Shown: piece by piece, positions 10,487-21,355 of the stretch
Layout of the letters: each line of letters starts with the position of its first letter
Position numbering within the stretch: position 1 is the stretch's first letter
NCBI GenBank assembly: GCA_963828125.1
Contig: CAWHDP010000002.1
Location: 64,001-128,000, forward strand
Source: an uncultured Chlamydiae bacterium
Lineage (GTDB): Bacteria; Chlamydiota; Chlamydiia; Chlamydiales; SM23-39
Reading direction: 5' to 3'
DNA length: 64,000 nucleotides
The notes under the pieces: model-generated
What the model saw: only the letters and a program-made list of their open reading frames with translations
The model's database searches: none
What the model was told of the DNA's origin: nothing
Program-made: the position numbers and the translations under genes

Positions 10487-11335
10487 ATGGAACTGATGTC
10501 TTTGTCTAAACTGTGCCAGCTCGCTCTACGGTGGAAAGGGGCAGGCCGTGAAAATGAGGCGGGGGAGCTTGTTTCGTGGCTTTTGCAATTAGAGCCTTTC
10601 CCCTCCTTGTGGTGTCCCGATCAGGAGTATGATGAAGCGGAAGGGCGGCGGCTCTTTGAGTTGATCCGGGGGTTATACCCCCATCGGCCAATCACTTGGA
10701 ATTGGACCCGCGCCGAAGCCCCGGGGATCGACGATCCGCAGGAGCTTTCGTGTGGATCCAAATCCAAGCCATTGGCCGATGGAGATATAAAACCGATTTT
10801 AGGAAAGGGTCCCGGCTTCAATTTAACGCTGACCCCGTCCATGGCCTTGACTTTGGATGGAGATGGGACGACTCTTGGAGTGATCCGGGAAGGGGATGTC
10901 GAGATCAGGGCCTTTGGCCCTCAAAGCGCCTCCCTTGTGTTTGGCATTCAGGGGCGGGGACTTGACGGGTGGACTCGGACAGCCGCCTTCCCAGAGGTGT
11001 GGTTGGAAATGAAAGAGAGGGAGCGGAGATTTGATTTCCGTTTTGTAGGGTTGAGTTCCGAGCAGCCGCTCTCCTTTGCTTTTTATGTGAAGGCAAAAAA
11101 CTGTCAGATTGACAAGGAATTATTTAAGCCGAGGAGCCTCAACCGGTATCAGGGAGAGGCTAGGGGCCCCATTTTTAACGGCAAACTGAAGATAGAGAGC
11201 GGCCAGCCCCATAAAGTTCAATTGATTCCGCTGGCAGGGGAGGGCTGTTTTTGGAATTGCGACTTTCTCCTTCTTTTCGAGCTCCATCCGCTCCTTTCCC
11301 AAATTTCTTTTTTTATCCACTCCATATTTGATTGA
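10487..11335 (+). CDS. Hypothetical protein
   Basis: 282-aa ORF directly after ihfA. No recognisable motif. Confidence 0.7.
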   Translation: MELMSLSKLCQLALRWKGAGRENEAGELVSWLLQLEPFPSLWCPDQEYDEAEGRRLFELIRGLYPHRPITWNWTRAEAPGIDDPQELSCGSKSKPLADGDIKPILGKGPGFNLTLTPSMALTLDGDGTTLGVIREGDVEIRAFGPQSASLVFGIQGRGLDGWTRTAAFPEVWLEMKERERRFDFRFVGLSSEQPLSFAFYVKAKNCQIDKELFKPRSLNRYQGEARGPIFNGKLKIESGQPHKVQLIPLAGEGCFWNCDFLLLFELHPLLSQISFFIHSIFD

Positions 11336-11393
11336 TCCGGGTTGCAAAATACTCCCCCCTTTTCGATAATGGGGGTCAACACATAGGCTGAAA

Positions 11394-12302
11394 GTGAAAT
11401 ATTTTGTGCTCGTCGCGGTTCTCCTTTTTGGGGCTATTGGCGTCATGGGGTGGCTGAAGAGAGAACCAAAACAGGCGGTGGAAGAGCCGGTGCAGGAGAT
11501 GGCTCTTGGGACCTCCGCCGCTCCGATTCCGATTCAGCCTGCGCCGAGCGCTGCGGCGTCTGCAGACGTTCAGGAGATCGACCGGATTCCCCAGCTTTTT
11601 GCCGTCGACTCCCTGTCGCTTCCCATTGTCGAGACAGTCTCATTCACCAGTAGAGTCCCTTGGCTGAAAGACCGACCCGCATGGATTGCCGACTACTCTT
11701 CCCATTACCAGACCTCTCGCCACTTCATTGCCAGGAGCCTGAACCGAAAAGCCGACTATTTTACGCAAAAGGTTCGTCCCGGCGACCGTTTTAACGTGTT
11801 CAAACCGGGGAAGGAGATCACATTCCATCTCGCGGTCGATTTGTCGAAGTGCCGCATGTGGTTTTATTACATCGACGGCAATGAAAAAGTACTCCTGAAG
11901 ACCTATCGGGTGGGTCTCGGCAAGAAGGATTCGCGCCGTCCATCGGGTTTTTTGACGCCGGTAGGGAAATATGGCCTTGGAGAAAAGGTTGTGATTTACA
12001 AGCCGGGCGTCACCGGTTTTTTTCAGGACGCAAAAGTGGAGATGATCCGGGTCTTTGGAACCCGCTGGCTCCCCTTTGAAAAAGAGATTGAAGGGTGTTC
12101 TGAAGCGGCCAAAGGATATGGGATTCACGGCCTTCCTTGGATAGAGGGCCCCAATGGAGAGTTGATGGAAGACCGGAGCAAACTCGGGACGCACGATAGT
12201 GACGGCTGCATCCGGATGGCGTCGGAAGACATTGAAGAGATCTTCGCGATTGTGATCACGAAGCCCACAACCGTTGAAATTGTCAAGGAGTACAAGCCAT
12301 GA
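11394..12302 (+). CDS. L,D-transpeptidase (YkuD family) with N-terminal membrane anchor
   Basis: VDLS..., YRVGLG, TPVGKY, FGTRWL, YGIHG...SDGCIRM (catalytic His/Cys). Confidence 0.85.
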   Translation: MKYFVLVAVLLFGAIGVMGWLKREPKQAVEEPVQEMALGTSAAPIPIQPAPSAAASADVQEIDRIPQLFAVDSLSLPIVETVSFTSRVPWLKDRPAWIADYSSHYQTSRHFIARSLNRKADYFTQKVRPGDRFNVFKPGKEITFHLAVDLSKCRMWFYYIDGNEKVLLKTYRVGLGKKDSRRPSGFLTPVGKYGLGEKVVIYKPGVTGFFQDAKVEMIRVFGTRWLPFEKEIEGCSEAAKGYGIHGLPWIEGPNGELMEDRSKLGTHDSDGCIRMASEDIEEIFAIVITKPTTVEIVKEYKP

Positions 12303-13282
12303 CTGTCCTTCCCCACGAAAAGCAGATCCTCGAGGTAGAGCAGACTCTCTCTAAATTAAAAGAGCAAAATAAAAGCAACCCCCTCTTTTCAAAAGAGGAG
12401 TTCATCAAAATGGAAAAAAAACTCGAAAAATTGAGAGAAAAGGTCTATTCGGAGCTCAAGCCGTGGGATCGGGTCGCGATCTGCCGCCATCCGCAAAGGC
12501 CGCACGCCATCGACTACATCCAGCAAATGGCGGATGAGTTTGTCGAACTCTGTGGAGATCGGACCTTTCAGGACGATCATGCGATCATCGCAGGGCTTGC
12601 CATGATTGATGGGGAGAAATATGTGGTGATCGGCCAGGAAAAGGGGAAAGACACCGAGAGTCGGATTTACCGCAATTTTGGCATGCCCCATCCGGAAGGG
12701 TATCGGAAGGCGATGCGATGCATGAATTTGGCTGCCAAGTTCAATCTCCCCGTGATCACCCTTTTGGACACTCCAGGGGCCTATCCAGGCTTGAGTGCGG
12801 AAGAGCGGGGCCAGGGGTGGGCGATCGCGAACAATCTTTGGGAGATGGCCCGTCTTCCGACCCCGATCATCGTCATTTTGATCGGCGAAGGGTGTTCGGG
12901 CGGCGCTTTAGGGATTGGCGTGGGGGATGTGATCGGGATGTTAGAGCACGCCTATTATTCAGTGATCTCTCCCGAGGGGTGCGCCTCAATCCTTTGGAAA
13001 GATTCGAGTAAAAACGCCCTGGCGGCAGCCGCCTTAAAAATGCATGTCGAGGATTTGCTTGCGTTGGGGATCGTCGATCAGATGATTAGTGAACCTCTGG
13101 GGGGCGCCCACTTTAATCCACAGGAAGTTTTCGCCAACGTAAAAGCATTCATCAAAGAGCAGTGGAGTTCTCTAAAAACAGTGCCGATCGACACTCTTTT
13201 AGAAAATCGCTATCAAAAATTCCGGAAAATGGGTAAATTCTGTTCTCATGAAGCTCCTATTGCAAGCGGTACTCAGGAATAG
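12299..13282 (+). CRISPR. placeholder-corrected: see next entry; this interval is a CDS (accA), not a CRISPR array
   Basis: Entry retained only as a pointer. No CRISPR evidence. Confidence 0.
12299..13282 (+). CDS. accA: Acetyl-CoA carboxylase carboxyltransferase alpha
   Basis: [42 protein letters not shown]. Confidence 0.99.
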   Translation: MTVLPHEKQILEVEQTLSKLKEQNKSNPLFSKEEFIKMEKKLEKLREKVYSELKPWDRVAICRHPQRPHAIDYIQQMADEFVELCGDRTFQDDHAIIAGLAMIDGEKYVVIGQEKGKDTESRIYRNFGMPHPEGYRKAMRCMNLAAKFNLPVITLLDTPGAYPGLSAEERGQGWAIANNLWEMARLPTPIIVILIGEGCSGGALGIGVGDVIGMLEHAYYSVISPEGCASILWKDSSKNALAAAALKMHVEDLLALGIVDQMISEPLGGAHFNPQEVFANVKAFIKEQWSSLKTVPIDTLLENRYQKFRKMGKFCSHEAPIASGTQE

Positions 13283-15161
13283 CAAGCACCTCACTCTATC
13301 GATCCTTACCTTTGTCTCCCTTTTGCTCCTTACCATGGCGACCCAGTGCGAGATGTTTTCGGTCGGTTTGATGGCCAATACGGGGGCCGATTTTTTCACC
13401 CTTTTCAGTCCTGAGGGGAAGAAAGTCAAAGACAAAATCAGCCTTGCCGATGTGACCCGCCGCTGGGAGGCGATCGATCTAAACGAAGACGGGGTGATCA
13501 CTAAACAAGAGGCGGCCATCTATATTGCTCAGAGGAAAGATTCCAACCCCCTCCTCTGGGTCATGCACAAAGTCGCCGCCCGTTTTGATTTTGAACAAAA
13601 TTTCTCGCTTCTCATATCGATCCTCGTCGCCGTCGCCCTGTTTAAAGCGATGACCCTTTTTTCCTCCCGCTACATGACCCAGATCCTCTCGATCCGGGTC
13701 ACTCGCGACCTCCGGCAACAATATTTTGAACACATCCAGTCGCTCCCGCTCAGTTTTTACCAAGAACAGAACCTCGGCAGCCTCTCGTCGCGCGCCGTCG
13801 GCGACGCCGGCCAGATCGCCTCCTCTCTCAATTCATGCCTGACCAATTATCTCCAAACCCCCTTTACGCTCGTCTCGACCCTCTTTGCCTGTTTTTATCT
13901 TTCCTGGAAGCTCTCGCTCATTATTTTTCTTGGGCTTCCCCTCATCATCCTACCGGTGATTTTTCTCACTCGGCAAGTGAAGAGGATCACTCGCCAGATC
14001 CAGAAAAACCAAGAGACCTTTGCGTCGGTCCTCCTCGATTTTCTCGCCGGCATTCAGACCGTTAAAATCTTCGCTATGGAGGCCTTTAGCCTCCGGAAAT
14101 ACAAAGAGCAAAACGACCGGATGGCCCACCTTGAAAGCAAAAGCGCCAAATACGGGCTTCTGACGCGCCCCGTCCTCCACTTTATTGCCACTGGCTGTCT
14201 GGCTGTCGTCGTCCTCTTTGGCCTCTATTCGCTCCACATGACTGTTGGACAGCTCCTGATGTTTTGCTGTCTGCTTCACATGTTCTACGAGCCGGTCAAA
14301 AAATTTGCCGAAGAGAATACCAATATCCAAAAAGGGATTATCGCTGCCGAGCGGATGTTCGAGGTGCTTCATCTCAAGCCCCAAATCGAAGACAAAGATG
14401 GAGCCATTCACCTCTCCGGTTTTAAAAATCTCATTGAATTTGACCACGTCTGGTTCAAATACCGCGATGAGTGGGTGATCAAAGACGTCAGCTTTACGAT
14501 TGAGCGGGGACAGGTCGTCGCCCTCGTCGGCGCGACCGGAGCTGGAAAATCGACCCTCGTACAGCTCCTCCCCCGCCTCTATGAAGTGCAAAAAGGGGAG
14601 ATCCGTGTTGATGGCATCCCGTTGAACGCCATCACCCAAAAATCGCTCCGAGAGCAGATCGCCTTCGTCCCTCAAAAACCGTTCCTCTTTTTTGACACCG
14701 TGGCTGAGAACATCGCCTTTGGCCGTAGTTTTTCCTCCGAGGAGATTGAGGAGGCGGCCCGAAAAGCGTACGCCCATGAATTCATCGTCGATTTACCCAG
14801 TCAATACAACACGCTCCTTGCCGAAATGGGGAAGACCCTATCGGGCGGCCAGCAGCAGCGGCTGGCGATTGCAAGAGCCCTTGTGAAGAGAGCCCCTATT
14901 TTGATTTTAGATGAGGCGACCTCCTCTTTAGACGCGATCTCAGAAAATCGGATCAAGAGTGCGATGCTAGAGCTCAGAGGGGAAGTGACTCAAATCCTCA
15001 TTGCACACCGATTATCGACGATCGAGCACGCCGACAAGATCATCTTCTTTGACCGAGGGCGTAAATTAGGGGAGGGGAGTTTGTCCTCTCTCTTAGAGAA
15101 CTGTCTCCCATTCCGCATCTTGTGGGAGGTATATCACCGGTCTGAAGTCGCCCCTGCGTAA
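13248..15161 (+). CDS. msbA: MsbA-like ABC exporter (TMD + NBD)
   Basis: [24 protein letters not shown]. Follows accA as in chlamydiae. Confidence 0.85.
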   Translation: MKLLLQAVLRNSKHLTLSILTFVSLLLLTMATQCEMFSVGLMANTGADFFTLFSPEGKKVKDKISLADVTRRWEAIDLNEDGVITKQEAAIYIAQRKDSNPLLWVMHKVAARFDFEQNFSLLISILVAVALFKAMTLFSSRYMTQILSIRVTRDLRQQYFEHIQSLPLSFYQEQNLGSLSSRAVGDAGQIASSLNSCLTNYLQTPFTLVSTLFACFYLSWKLSLIIFLGLPLIILPVIFLTRQVKRITRQIQKNQETFASVLLDFLAGIQTVKIFAMEAFSLRKYKEQNDRMAHLESKSAKYGLLTRPVLHFIATGCLAVVVLFGLYSLHMTVGQLLMFCCLLHMFYEPVKKFAEENTNIQKGIIAAERMFEVLHLKPQIEDKDGAIHLSGFKNLIEFDHVWFKYRDEWVIKDVSFTIERGQVVALVGATGAGKSTLVQLLPRLYEVQKGEIRVDGIPLNAITQKSLREQIAFVPQKPFLFFDTVAENIAFGRSFSSEEIEEAARKAYAHEFIVDLPSQYNTLLAEMGKTLSGGQQQRLAIARALVKRAPILILDEATSSLDAISENRIKSAMLELRGEVTQILIAHRLSTIEHADKIIFFDRGRKLGEGSLSSLLENCLPFRILWEVYHRSEVAPA

Positions 15162-15222
15162 ATTTATATTGACAACGAGTTCAAAAATCGATTATGAGGC
15201 TATCTTTATTTAACGGGTTTTT

Positions 15223-16989
15223 GTGTCAAAAAATAGCCAGTTCCATACCGAGTTGCTCGATTTCTTGCTCCAAAGCTGTCAAAAACAGATCGATGAAGAG
15301 GGGATTAACCCCAACGATCCAGAGATACGGACTCTCTTAAAGAACCTCTCCGCACCGCCTGCGGAGGCGCCCCTTCCTCTGACCGAAATCATCGAAGGAT
15401 ACCAGCATTTGTTTGGCGCCAGAGGCCCCATCCACATCGAGAAGACGCTTCTCGAGGCATTTCCTCCGAAAGATTTTACAGATCTGGGTTTAAGCCGCTA
15501 TTATCCGAAGATCTACCGGGGGCTCCCCAGACTCTACTGTCGAGATCAACCCTCTCAATCCCACATCAAAAGGAATTTCACGCATCTCCCGAGTCTAAAG
15601 AGGGAAACATTGAGCAAGGCCTTATTCAGTCTTTACGGCAAAATACCGGTCAAAGGGAAAGTGACCCTTTTTACTTGGGTGATCAATGATGGACTCGGCG
15701 ATTTTGTCGCTGCGATTGAAGTGCTCCGACTCCTCAAAGGGCGCCTTCCTGACCTCGATCTCCATTTTGTGGCCCTGATCCAGAAAGAGACTCTGACCCG
15801 CCTCTCCCTCCCCGAATCATCGATTGTGATCCCCTATGATAAAGAGTGCCCCTTCAGCCTCTTCACTCCAGAAGCGATCGAGCAGCTCCGCTCCTCCGAT
15901 CTGATTGTGCAAATTCCGACCTACTATCCCCACACCGAAGAGCTGAAGCTCTCCGTTGGAGTCCGGATGGAGTGCATAGGGGAATACGGATTTCTCGAAT
16001 CGAATTGGTTTCACCCCCAATCGGGCAACTATTCTCTTGGACTCCATTTTTTAGAGAAAGGGGTGTTGATCCGGAAGCCCTGCGAGGCCCTCTTCGAGGA
16101 TGTGAAGAACAAAGATCTTCAGAAGTGGCGCTCTCCAGACAATCGGTTTTATCTCGCCTACTTAACCTCGCCCATCGGCGGGGCCATCTACCTTCACGCC
16201 CTACTCAAATCGCTCGAACACGATCTGCAAAGCATCGATCTTTGCGTCCCCGATCTTAGCTGGTTTCTCCAATTCTCGGAAAAACAGAACAAAGCAGGCC
16301 GCCCCCTCCTCGAATGGGATTTAGGGGTTGCATCGATTGAGGTCTACTATAAAGAGCACACCTGTTTCATCTCGTTGCAGCCTGAAGGGAAAAAATTGCG
16401 CATCCTCTGTCCCGGATTCATCACCCAAAGCGACTTTCGAGCCCTCCTCGCCTTCAGCGGCGATTGGGTGGCAGTCAGGGGCAATCAATCCTTTTCTGAA
16501 GCGGTGTCGCAAGGGAAAGCCTTTTTTTATGACGGGAGAGAACACGCCCGCTTTTTCCTCAAAGATCTCGCTGCGCTGGCGAATAACCGCCTTTCTAACT
16601 ATCCAGGCGCCCTCCACTGCATCAATGGCATAGCGCAAGGGTTCCTTTATAATGTGCCTGTCGAAGAGGGGGCATGGGTCGAAGAGACCTTTTTCCAAGA
16701 CGTTGAAGATTGGACGACGATCGCCCTCAACATGGGTCTGGCTCTCCAAGATCCGGAAACGATGGCCGGTTATAAAAAACTCAATCGGATCATCTCTGAG
16801 GAATGTTCAGCGAACGCCTTCCTCTGCCACCTCGTGCAACGGGCCCTCTGTCACAAAGAGCACCCCGACATCGAGGCATTCGAAAACGGACAGACAGCCC
16901 AGTTTGTGACCCAATCGCAGTCTTTCGCTGGCGTCATCCGAGAGGTGAGAACCCATTTAATTGCAAAAGGGTATCATTTGCTCAAATAG
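15223..16989 (+). CDS. Putative GT-B glycosyltransferase with EarP-like motifs
   Basis: VINDGLGDF, GEYGF, QSDFRALL...VAVRGNQSFSEAVSQGKAFFY. The function call is inference. Confidence 0.5.
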   Translation: MSKNSQFHTELLDFLLQSCQKQIDEEGINPNDPEIRTLLKNLSAPPAEAPLPLTEIIEGYQHLFGARGPIHIEKTLLEAFPPKDFTDLGLSRYYPKIYRGLPRLYCRDQPSQSHIKRNFTHLPSLKRETLSKALFSLYGKIPVKGKVTLFTWVINDGLGDFVAAIEVLRLLKGRLPDLDLHFVALIQKETLTRLSLPESSIVIPYDKECPFSLFTPEAIEQLRSSDLIVQIPTYYPHTEELKLSVGVRMECIGEYGFLESNWFHPQSGNYSLGLHFLEKGVLIRKPCEALFEDVKNKDLQKWRSPDNRFYLAYLTSPIGGAIYLHALLKSLEHDLQSIDLCVPDLSWFLQFSEKQNKAGRPLLEWDLGVASIEVYYKEHTCFISLQPEGKKLRILCPGFITQSDFRALLAFSGDWVAVRGNQSFSEAVSQGKAFFYDGREHARFFLKDLAALANNRLSNYPGALHCINGIAQGFLYNVPVEEGAWVEETFFQDVEDWTTIALNMGLALQDPETMAGYKKLNRIISEECSANAFLCHLVQRALCHKEHPDIEAFENGQTAQFVTQSQSFAGVIREVRTHLIAKGYHLLK

Positions 16990-16990
16990 G

Positions 16991-17004
16991 TATACTGCGG
17001 CCAC
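16991..17004. repeat. Family-1 MITE-like end fragment
   Basis: tatactgcggccac, identical to the left end of 35869-35948. Confidence 0.7.
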
Positions 17005-17067
17005 AATGTTAGGTGTCAAATTATTTTTATCAAAAATACTGCATTTTATATAGAATTAAAACTTGTT

Positions 17068-18201
17068 TTGATATATAATCTCGCTGGCAAATGTCAAGTT
17101 TCATATACAAAATGGAGATTTATTGTGAATAGAATTGCAAATTACTGTGCCGCCCCGCTCGGTATAGCGTATAGGGCTTTGGCTCATTTGAGTGTTAAAA
17201 AAATCGTGACGGTAGCTCTCGTTGCATTTGCAATTATGTATGGATCTCCTTATCAAGCCCCTCCTCTCAATCAAGTTATGTTAAAGAGTACTCCTTGCAA
17301 CCCTTTTTCCTCAGAACCCATCCGTCTTGATGGTGCAAAAATAATGGGAGCCAATAATCAAACATTATGTTTTTTTAAGAATCGCCCTGATCTACATCCT
17401 GGAGATCGATTGGCGCAACGGATCGATTCAGATGGTTTTTTTGGCATCCCGTGTTTAGAGAAAATCGCGATTCAAATTGGGGATAGAACGATCAGAGGAA
17501 TTTGTAGCCATGCAGTAGACAACGCGACCGATCTCCGTTCTTCAGATTTCCCTTCAAAAATGGGCGAGTTTTCGATCTTGGACGTTCAGAAAATGGCTCT
17601 ATTGGATGTCTTATTGGGTAATACAGACCGACACTTGGCTAATGCTCTGATTCAAGGAGATCGATTAATTCCGATTGACCATGATGCGGCTGCAATGGGG
17701 CGTATTTTTCTGAATGCTCATTGGTTGACGACTTCGGAACCATTTGTTAATAAAGAGTTTCAAGAGCATGGCCGATATCTCCGCTCATTTTGGATCAAAA
17801 GTCATGCTCTGGAGAGAGGGGATCATTTCCAACAAATCAATGCCCCAGTGGATCTCCAAATCGTGAACTGGATTAATCATTTTGATATTGAAATGCGAGC
17901 TGCCGATCTTCTTAATCAATTAGATCAAAGTGAAGCGGATTATATCCGATTGCATGTGCTCCTGCTAAAGGAGGTCATTGGGGTGAGAGGGCACACATTT
18001 GCTGAATTTGTGAGATTTCAACAAGAAGGCCTTTTTGAAGAAGCCCTGCGGGCCGCAAGAGATGTTTGCATAGCTGCCTTTCCACCATCTGAAATCAGCC
18101 GGAGAGCCAGCCCATCATCGAAAGAGGCGTTTCGACGCAAATTTTTCATCGAATTTCCCAACCAGCTTAGGGCCAGTCTGAATCGTGCAGAGCTGTCCTA
18201 A
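17068..18201 (+). CDS. PI3/PI4-kinase-like (PI4K type II/HipA-like) protein; start may be GTG at 17125
   Basis: ALLDVLLGNTDRHLANALI...LIPIDHD catalytic-loop motifs. N-terminal hydrophobic segment. AT-rich. Confidence 0.75.
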   Translation: MIYNLAGKCQVSYTKWRFIVNRIANYCAAPLGIAYRALAHLSVKKIVTVALVAFAIMYGSPYQAPPLNQVMLKSTPCNPFSSEPIRLDGAKIMGANNQTLCFFKNRPDLHPGDRLAQRIDSDGFFGIPCLEKIAIQIGDRTIRGICSHAVDNATDLRSSDFPSKMGEFSILDVQKMALLDVLLGNTDRHLANALIQGDRLIPIDHDAAAMGRIFLNAHWLTTSEPFVNKEFQEHGRYLRSFWIKSHALERGDHFQQINAPVDLQIVNWINHFDIEMRAADLLNQLDQSEADYIRLHVLLLKEVIGVRGHTFAEFVRFQQEGLFEEALRAARDVCIAAFPPSEISRRASPSSKEAFRRKFFIEFPNQLRASLNRAELS

Positions 18202-18904
18202 CCCGCATTGCTCATACATTCGCGGAAAACATAGTTCCAGCTGTCAGTGATCATCTGGACAAGCCGGTCGTTTTGTGCTCTGTTGTCAGGATAGAAATTT
18301 TGGGCAACGCGGATTGTTTTTCTTGCGAAATTTACGAATGTTTCATGCGGCCTCATTTGCGTTAAAGCCTTAAACCAAATTTTGGCTATAATCTCCATTT
18401 TGTTGGGTCGTCGCATAGATTGAACTACCCGATAAAAAGCATGGCTTGGAATTAAGCTATTTTCGTGTACATACCCAAAGTCATTTTCAGGGCCATGCGC
18501 TTTCGATGATTTGCGAAAATGGGCGGGACGTTGTCGTACATCGCGATCCACAATCTGCCATTCAGGCTTACCTGTTACCCAACTTTTAAAAACAAGTCCA
18601 AAAATATCGGCTAGAGATTCATTTAAGGCTCCGGGTTGTCCTCCTCTACGTAAAGGAGCTAAATGCCCGATAATCGCGTGTGTCCATTCGTGGGCCACGA
18701 CGTCCGGTTCTATATGCTTATTGTGAAATTGGAACGAGCAAGAGACCTCCTTAGCACCCACTTTAGAGCGGCACGACCAGCTTGCATTATCTTGGTTCCA
18801 GTCAATGAAAATGGGCGCCATTTTCCCTGAACCGTCCAATCCATCCAGCTGAAAAGTTTCCCAGAAAAATCGGTGAATCTTTTCGACGATTTTAGAAATT
18901 TTAG

Positions 18905-20284
18905 GGTTCATCCGACAAATGCGTACCTGGACTCGTGTAGGTGATAAAGTCGCAATTTAAAATATTCAATATCTCGAAACCCATAAGCCTGCCTTTTCAT
19001 TGTCTTGATTTTGTTGTTTATGCCTTCTGCTGCGGCGTTCGAGATTCGATGTTTGAAATAGTTCAATAACCCCGTCTTGTATTGGTGTAATGTTTTGACC
19101 ACTCGTCTTAGCGGTTTGAGCCCTGTTGCCAAAGCATCGACTCCCCATCTGACGAGAAAATGTTCCGCCTCCTCTACAGAGTCTTTCTCCCAGAAAAGTT
19201 GGAATTGCTCCTTCAGGGAATGTGCCAAAAACAAGGGTTCATTTACAGCCAATAAGGCGCCCAATCGTGTTTGGTTTTCTAGATCCAAGTTGTCATAATT
19301 CGTTAGGAATAAAAACCGACTTCCCTTCAGTACTTTTGCATCGGCCCCACTCAAGTTTTGCTGTTGATCTTTGCGCACCTCGTCCAGGGCTTTATTCAAT
19401 AAAGCCGTCACATGAAAATGATCAAATACCACATCTACGTTCGGCAAAAACTCTTGTGCTGCTGGGTAGTACGATTTGCTCATGTCCATAGCGATTGCTT
19501 TTAACTTTGGTGCGTGCTTTGCCAGTTTCTTGAAAAAGGGAGCTACCGCCTCTATAGTTCTACCCTCTACAGCGTGAATAATTCTCCCCGACCGTAGATC
19601 TGTGAAAACGGTCATGTATTCATGCCCTTTCCGTATGCTGAATTCATCGACGGTAATGTATTCCAAATCTTCTAGAGGAATTGTTTTATAGAGAGCAGTC
19701 AATTTCTCTTTGTGGATCCTCTTCACGACATTCCAGCTAATTTTTAGAAATCGAGAGACATCCAAGAGAGTGCTAAAATGCAAAAGATCCAGCACGTGTG
19801 CTATCATGGAGCGCACCATTCGGAATTTGCCTTTCATAAAAGGCAATCGAGGCCACCATTTATGGCCACATTGAGGACATGCTACTCGATGTAGCAGCAC
19901 GTTTAGAAAACAGGGCTTGCCGCCAAACGGCACCATTTTAAACTGCCGCTTTTTTTGTCCCTTGAAGATTGTGCGCGTACAGCCACATTTGCATTGAGAT
20001 GGATCGACCATTATAGCGTGGATCGTAATCGCCCCCGCTTCAAATTTGGTAGATTGGTATTGAACTCCGCTGATTCCGTATGCATGATACAAGAGAGAAG
20101 TAGACATAGAAGAAGCCTCCCGTGAGGGTGTTTATTCAAGCTCCTTTTATATGTCTGCTTCTTTTGTTTCTACCCGCCAGTCAAGACCTTCTAGAAATCA
20201 CAACGCGCTGAATAATCAATACTTATAAAAATCTAAGGACTTAATGCCTTTCCCCTCTACAGGTACTCATTTGTCGGATGAACC
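18905..20284 (-). mobile_element. ISL3-family insertion sequence (1380 bp)
   Basis: 24-bp terminal IRs ggttcatccgacaaatg(c/a)gtacct with 1 mismatch. 8-bp TSD aattttag at 18897-18904 and 20285-20292. Confidence 0.97.
18908..20107 (-). CDS. ISL3 transposase
   Basis: Zn finger CKCG...CPQC, VDEF, AMDM, FDHFHV, SNAAAEGINNKIK...AYGFR. Confidence 0.97.
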   Translation of the reverse strand: MSTSLLYHAYGISGVQYQSTKFEAGAITIHAIMVDPSQCKCGCTRTIFKGQKKRQFKMVPFGGKPCFLNVLLHRVACPQCGHKWWPRLPFMKGKFRMVRSMIAHVLDLLHFSTLLDVSRFLKISWNVVKRIHKEKLTALYKTIPLEDLEYITVDEFSIRKGHEYMTVFTDLRSGRIIHAVEGRTIEAVAPFFKKLAKHAPKLKAIAMDMSKSYYPAAQEFLPNVDVVFDHFHVTALLNKALDEVRKDQQQNLSGADAKVLKGSRFLFLTNYDNLDLENQTRLGALLAVNEPLFLAHSLKEQFQLFWEKDSVEEAEHFLVRWGVDALATGLKPLRRVVKTLHQYKTGLLNYFKHRISNAAAEGINNKIKTMKRQAYGFRDIEYFKLRLYHLHESRYAFVG

Positions 20285-20530
20285 AATTTTAGCGGCTTGA
20301 GGATAACGGGAATCATGACAGTTCCCTTGGCTACATATCAGTCGTCCATCCTGAAAAGAAAAAACATGTATCTTGGGCTGAACGGGTTGGGAAAGGTAAG
20401 AAAGAAATGTTCCATATCCACTCTGCTGGAGAGCTCTTGCGATCGTTGCCATAAGGACAGTCCTTGGTTTACAGTTGAAAGAAGGGAACTGTATCTTAAC
20501 ACGTTCTTTGTTGACAATCCATTTTTCTCT

Positions 20531-21355
20531 TCAGTCTAAAACCCGATGAGGGTGGTGCAGGACGAATCCTTCGGCTTTGATTTTGTGGTTGGAGACCCTT
20601 TTATTGCCGGAGTGGAGAGAGGGGTGTTCGGGATCCCAATGGACTTTGGGGAGATGGAATTTGTTTGAGACGGCGTCGTAGAGCTCTTTTCGAGTGGGAT
20701 GTTCGTCATCAGCCAGGTTGTAGATTCCGTCGAGCTGATGGCGGAGGGCGTAGTCCATCGCGGTAGCGCAGTCATGGCTGTGGATCATGTTTGTGTAGTG
20801 GCCGCCTGTTCCCGGAAGGGTGTGCCCTTCCATTTGCTTTACGCGGTGGGAGAGTTCTCTGCCGGGTCCATAGATTTCAGCGAGACGGAGAATCGTGACG
20901 CGCCAGCCTACTTCCTGCAGAGATAGGTAGTGCTTTTCTGCTTCAATCAAGATTTTCCCCTGATCGCTTTTGTTGAGGAGTTCGGAGTGCTCGTCGACCC
21001 ACTGCCCGTGCGCATCGCCATAGACCGATGTGCTGCTTGTGTAAATGAGGTGGCGGGGCAAATCCATCTCGAGGCCTAAATGGCGGATGATTTTAGAGGT
21101 GTTGAGATAGGCGCTTTCATATTGATCCGGGCTGTCGGCAGCCACTGTGACGACGATGGCGTCATTGTCTGCAATCAAGGGAACCCATTCGTCCTCGTCA
21201 TTGCCTTTTAGGACGATCGATTTTTGCGATACTTTGGCAAGGGCTTCGAGCCGATCGGGATTGCGGGTGGTTGAGGTGACCGTGTACCCTTTTTTCTTCC
21301 AGCGAAGAGCGGCCTCTGAGCCGATGTAGCCGCAGCCGATAATTGCAATATTCAA
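20531..21355 (-). CDS. NAD-dependent epimerase/dehydratase (atypical SDR, YeeZ-like)
   Basis: IIGCGYIG, YTSSTSVYG, LRLAEIYGPGR. Confidence 0.9.
   Translation of the reverse strand: MNIAIIGCGYIGSEAALRWKKKGYTVTSTTRNPDRLEALAKVSQKSIVLKGNDEDEWVPLIADNDAIVVTVAADSPDQYESAYLNTSKIIRHLGLEMDLPRHLIYTSSTSVYGDAHGQWVDEHSELLNKSDQGKILIEAEKHYLSLQEVGWRVTILRLAEIYGPGRELSHRVKQMEGHTLPGTGGHYTNMIHSHDCATAMDYALRHQLDGIYNLADDEHPTRKELYDAVSNKFHLPKVHWDPEHPSLHSGNKRVSNHKIKAEGFVLHHPHRVLD

Larger units (their letters stand above)
18198..20452 (-). pseudogene. M4 (thermolysin/protealysin-like) metalloprotease interrupted by ISL3
   Basis: HEWTH, GALNESLADIFG, VHENS in 18198-18904. N-terminal 56 codons at 20285-20452. Removing the IS and one TSD rejoins QAAKI-SKIVEK in frame (288 aa). 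Confidence 0.9.

Noticed and set aside
12299..13282. CRISPR-typed feature entry at accA coordinates
   Set aside because: Mis-typed entry with confidence 0. The interval is the accA CDS and has no repeats.
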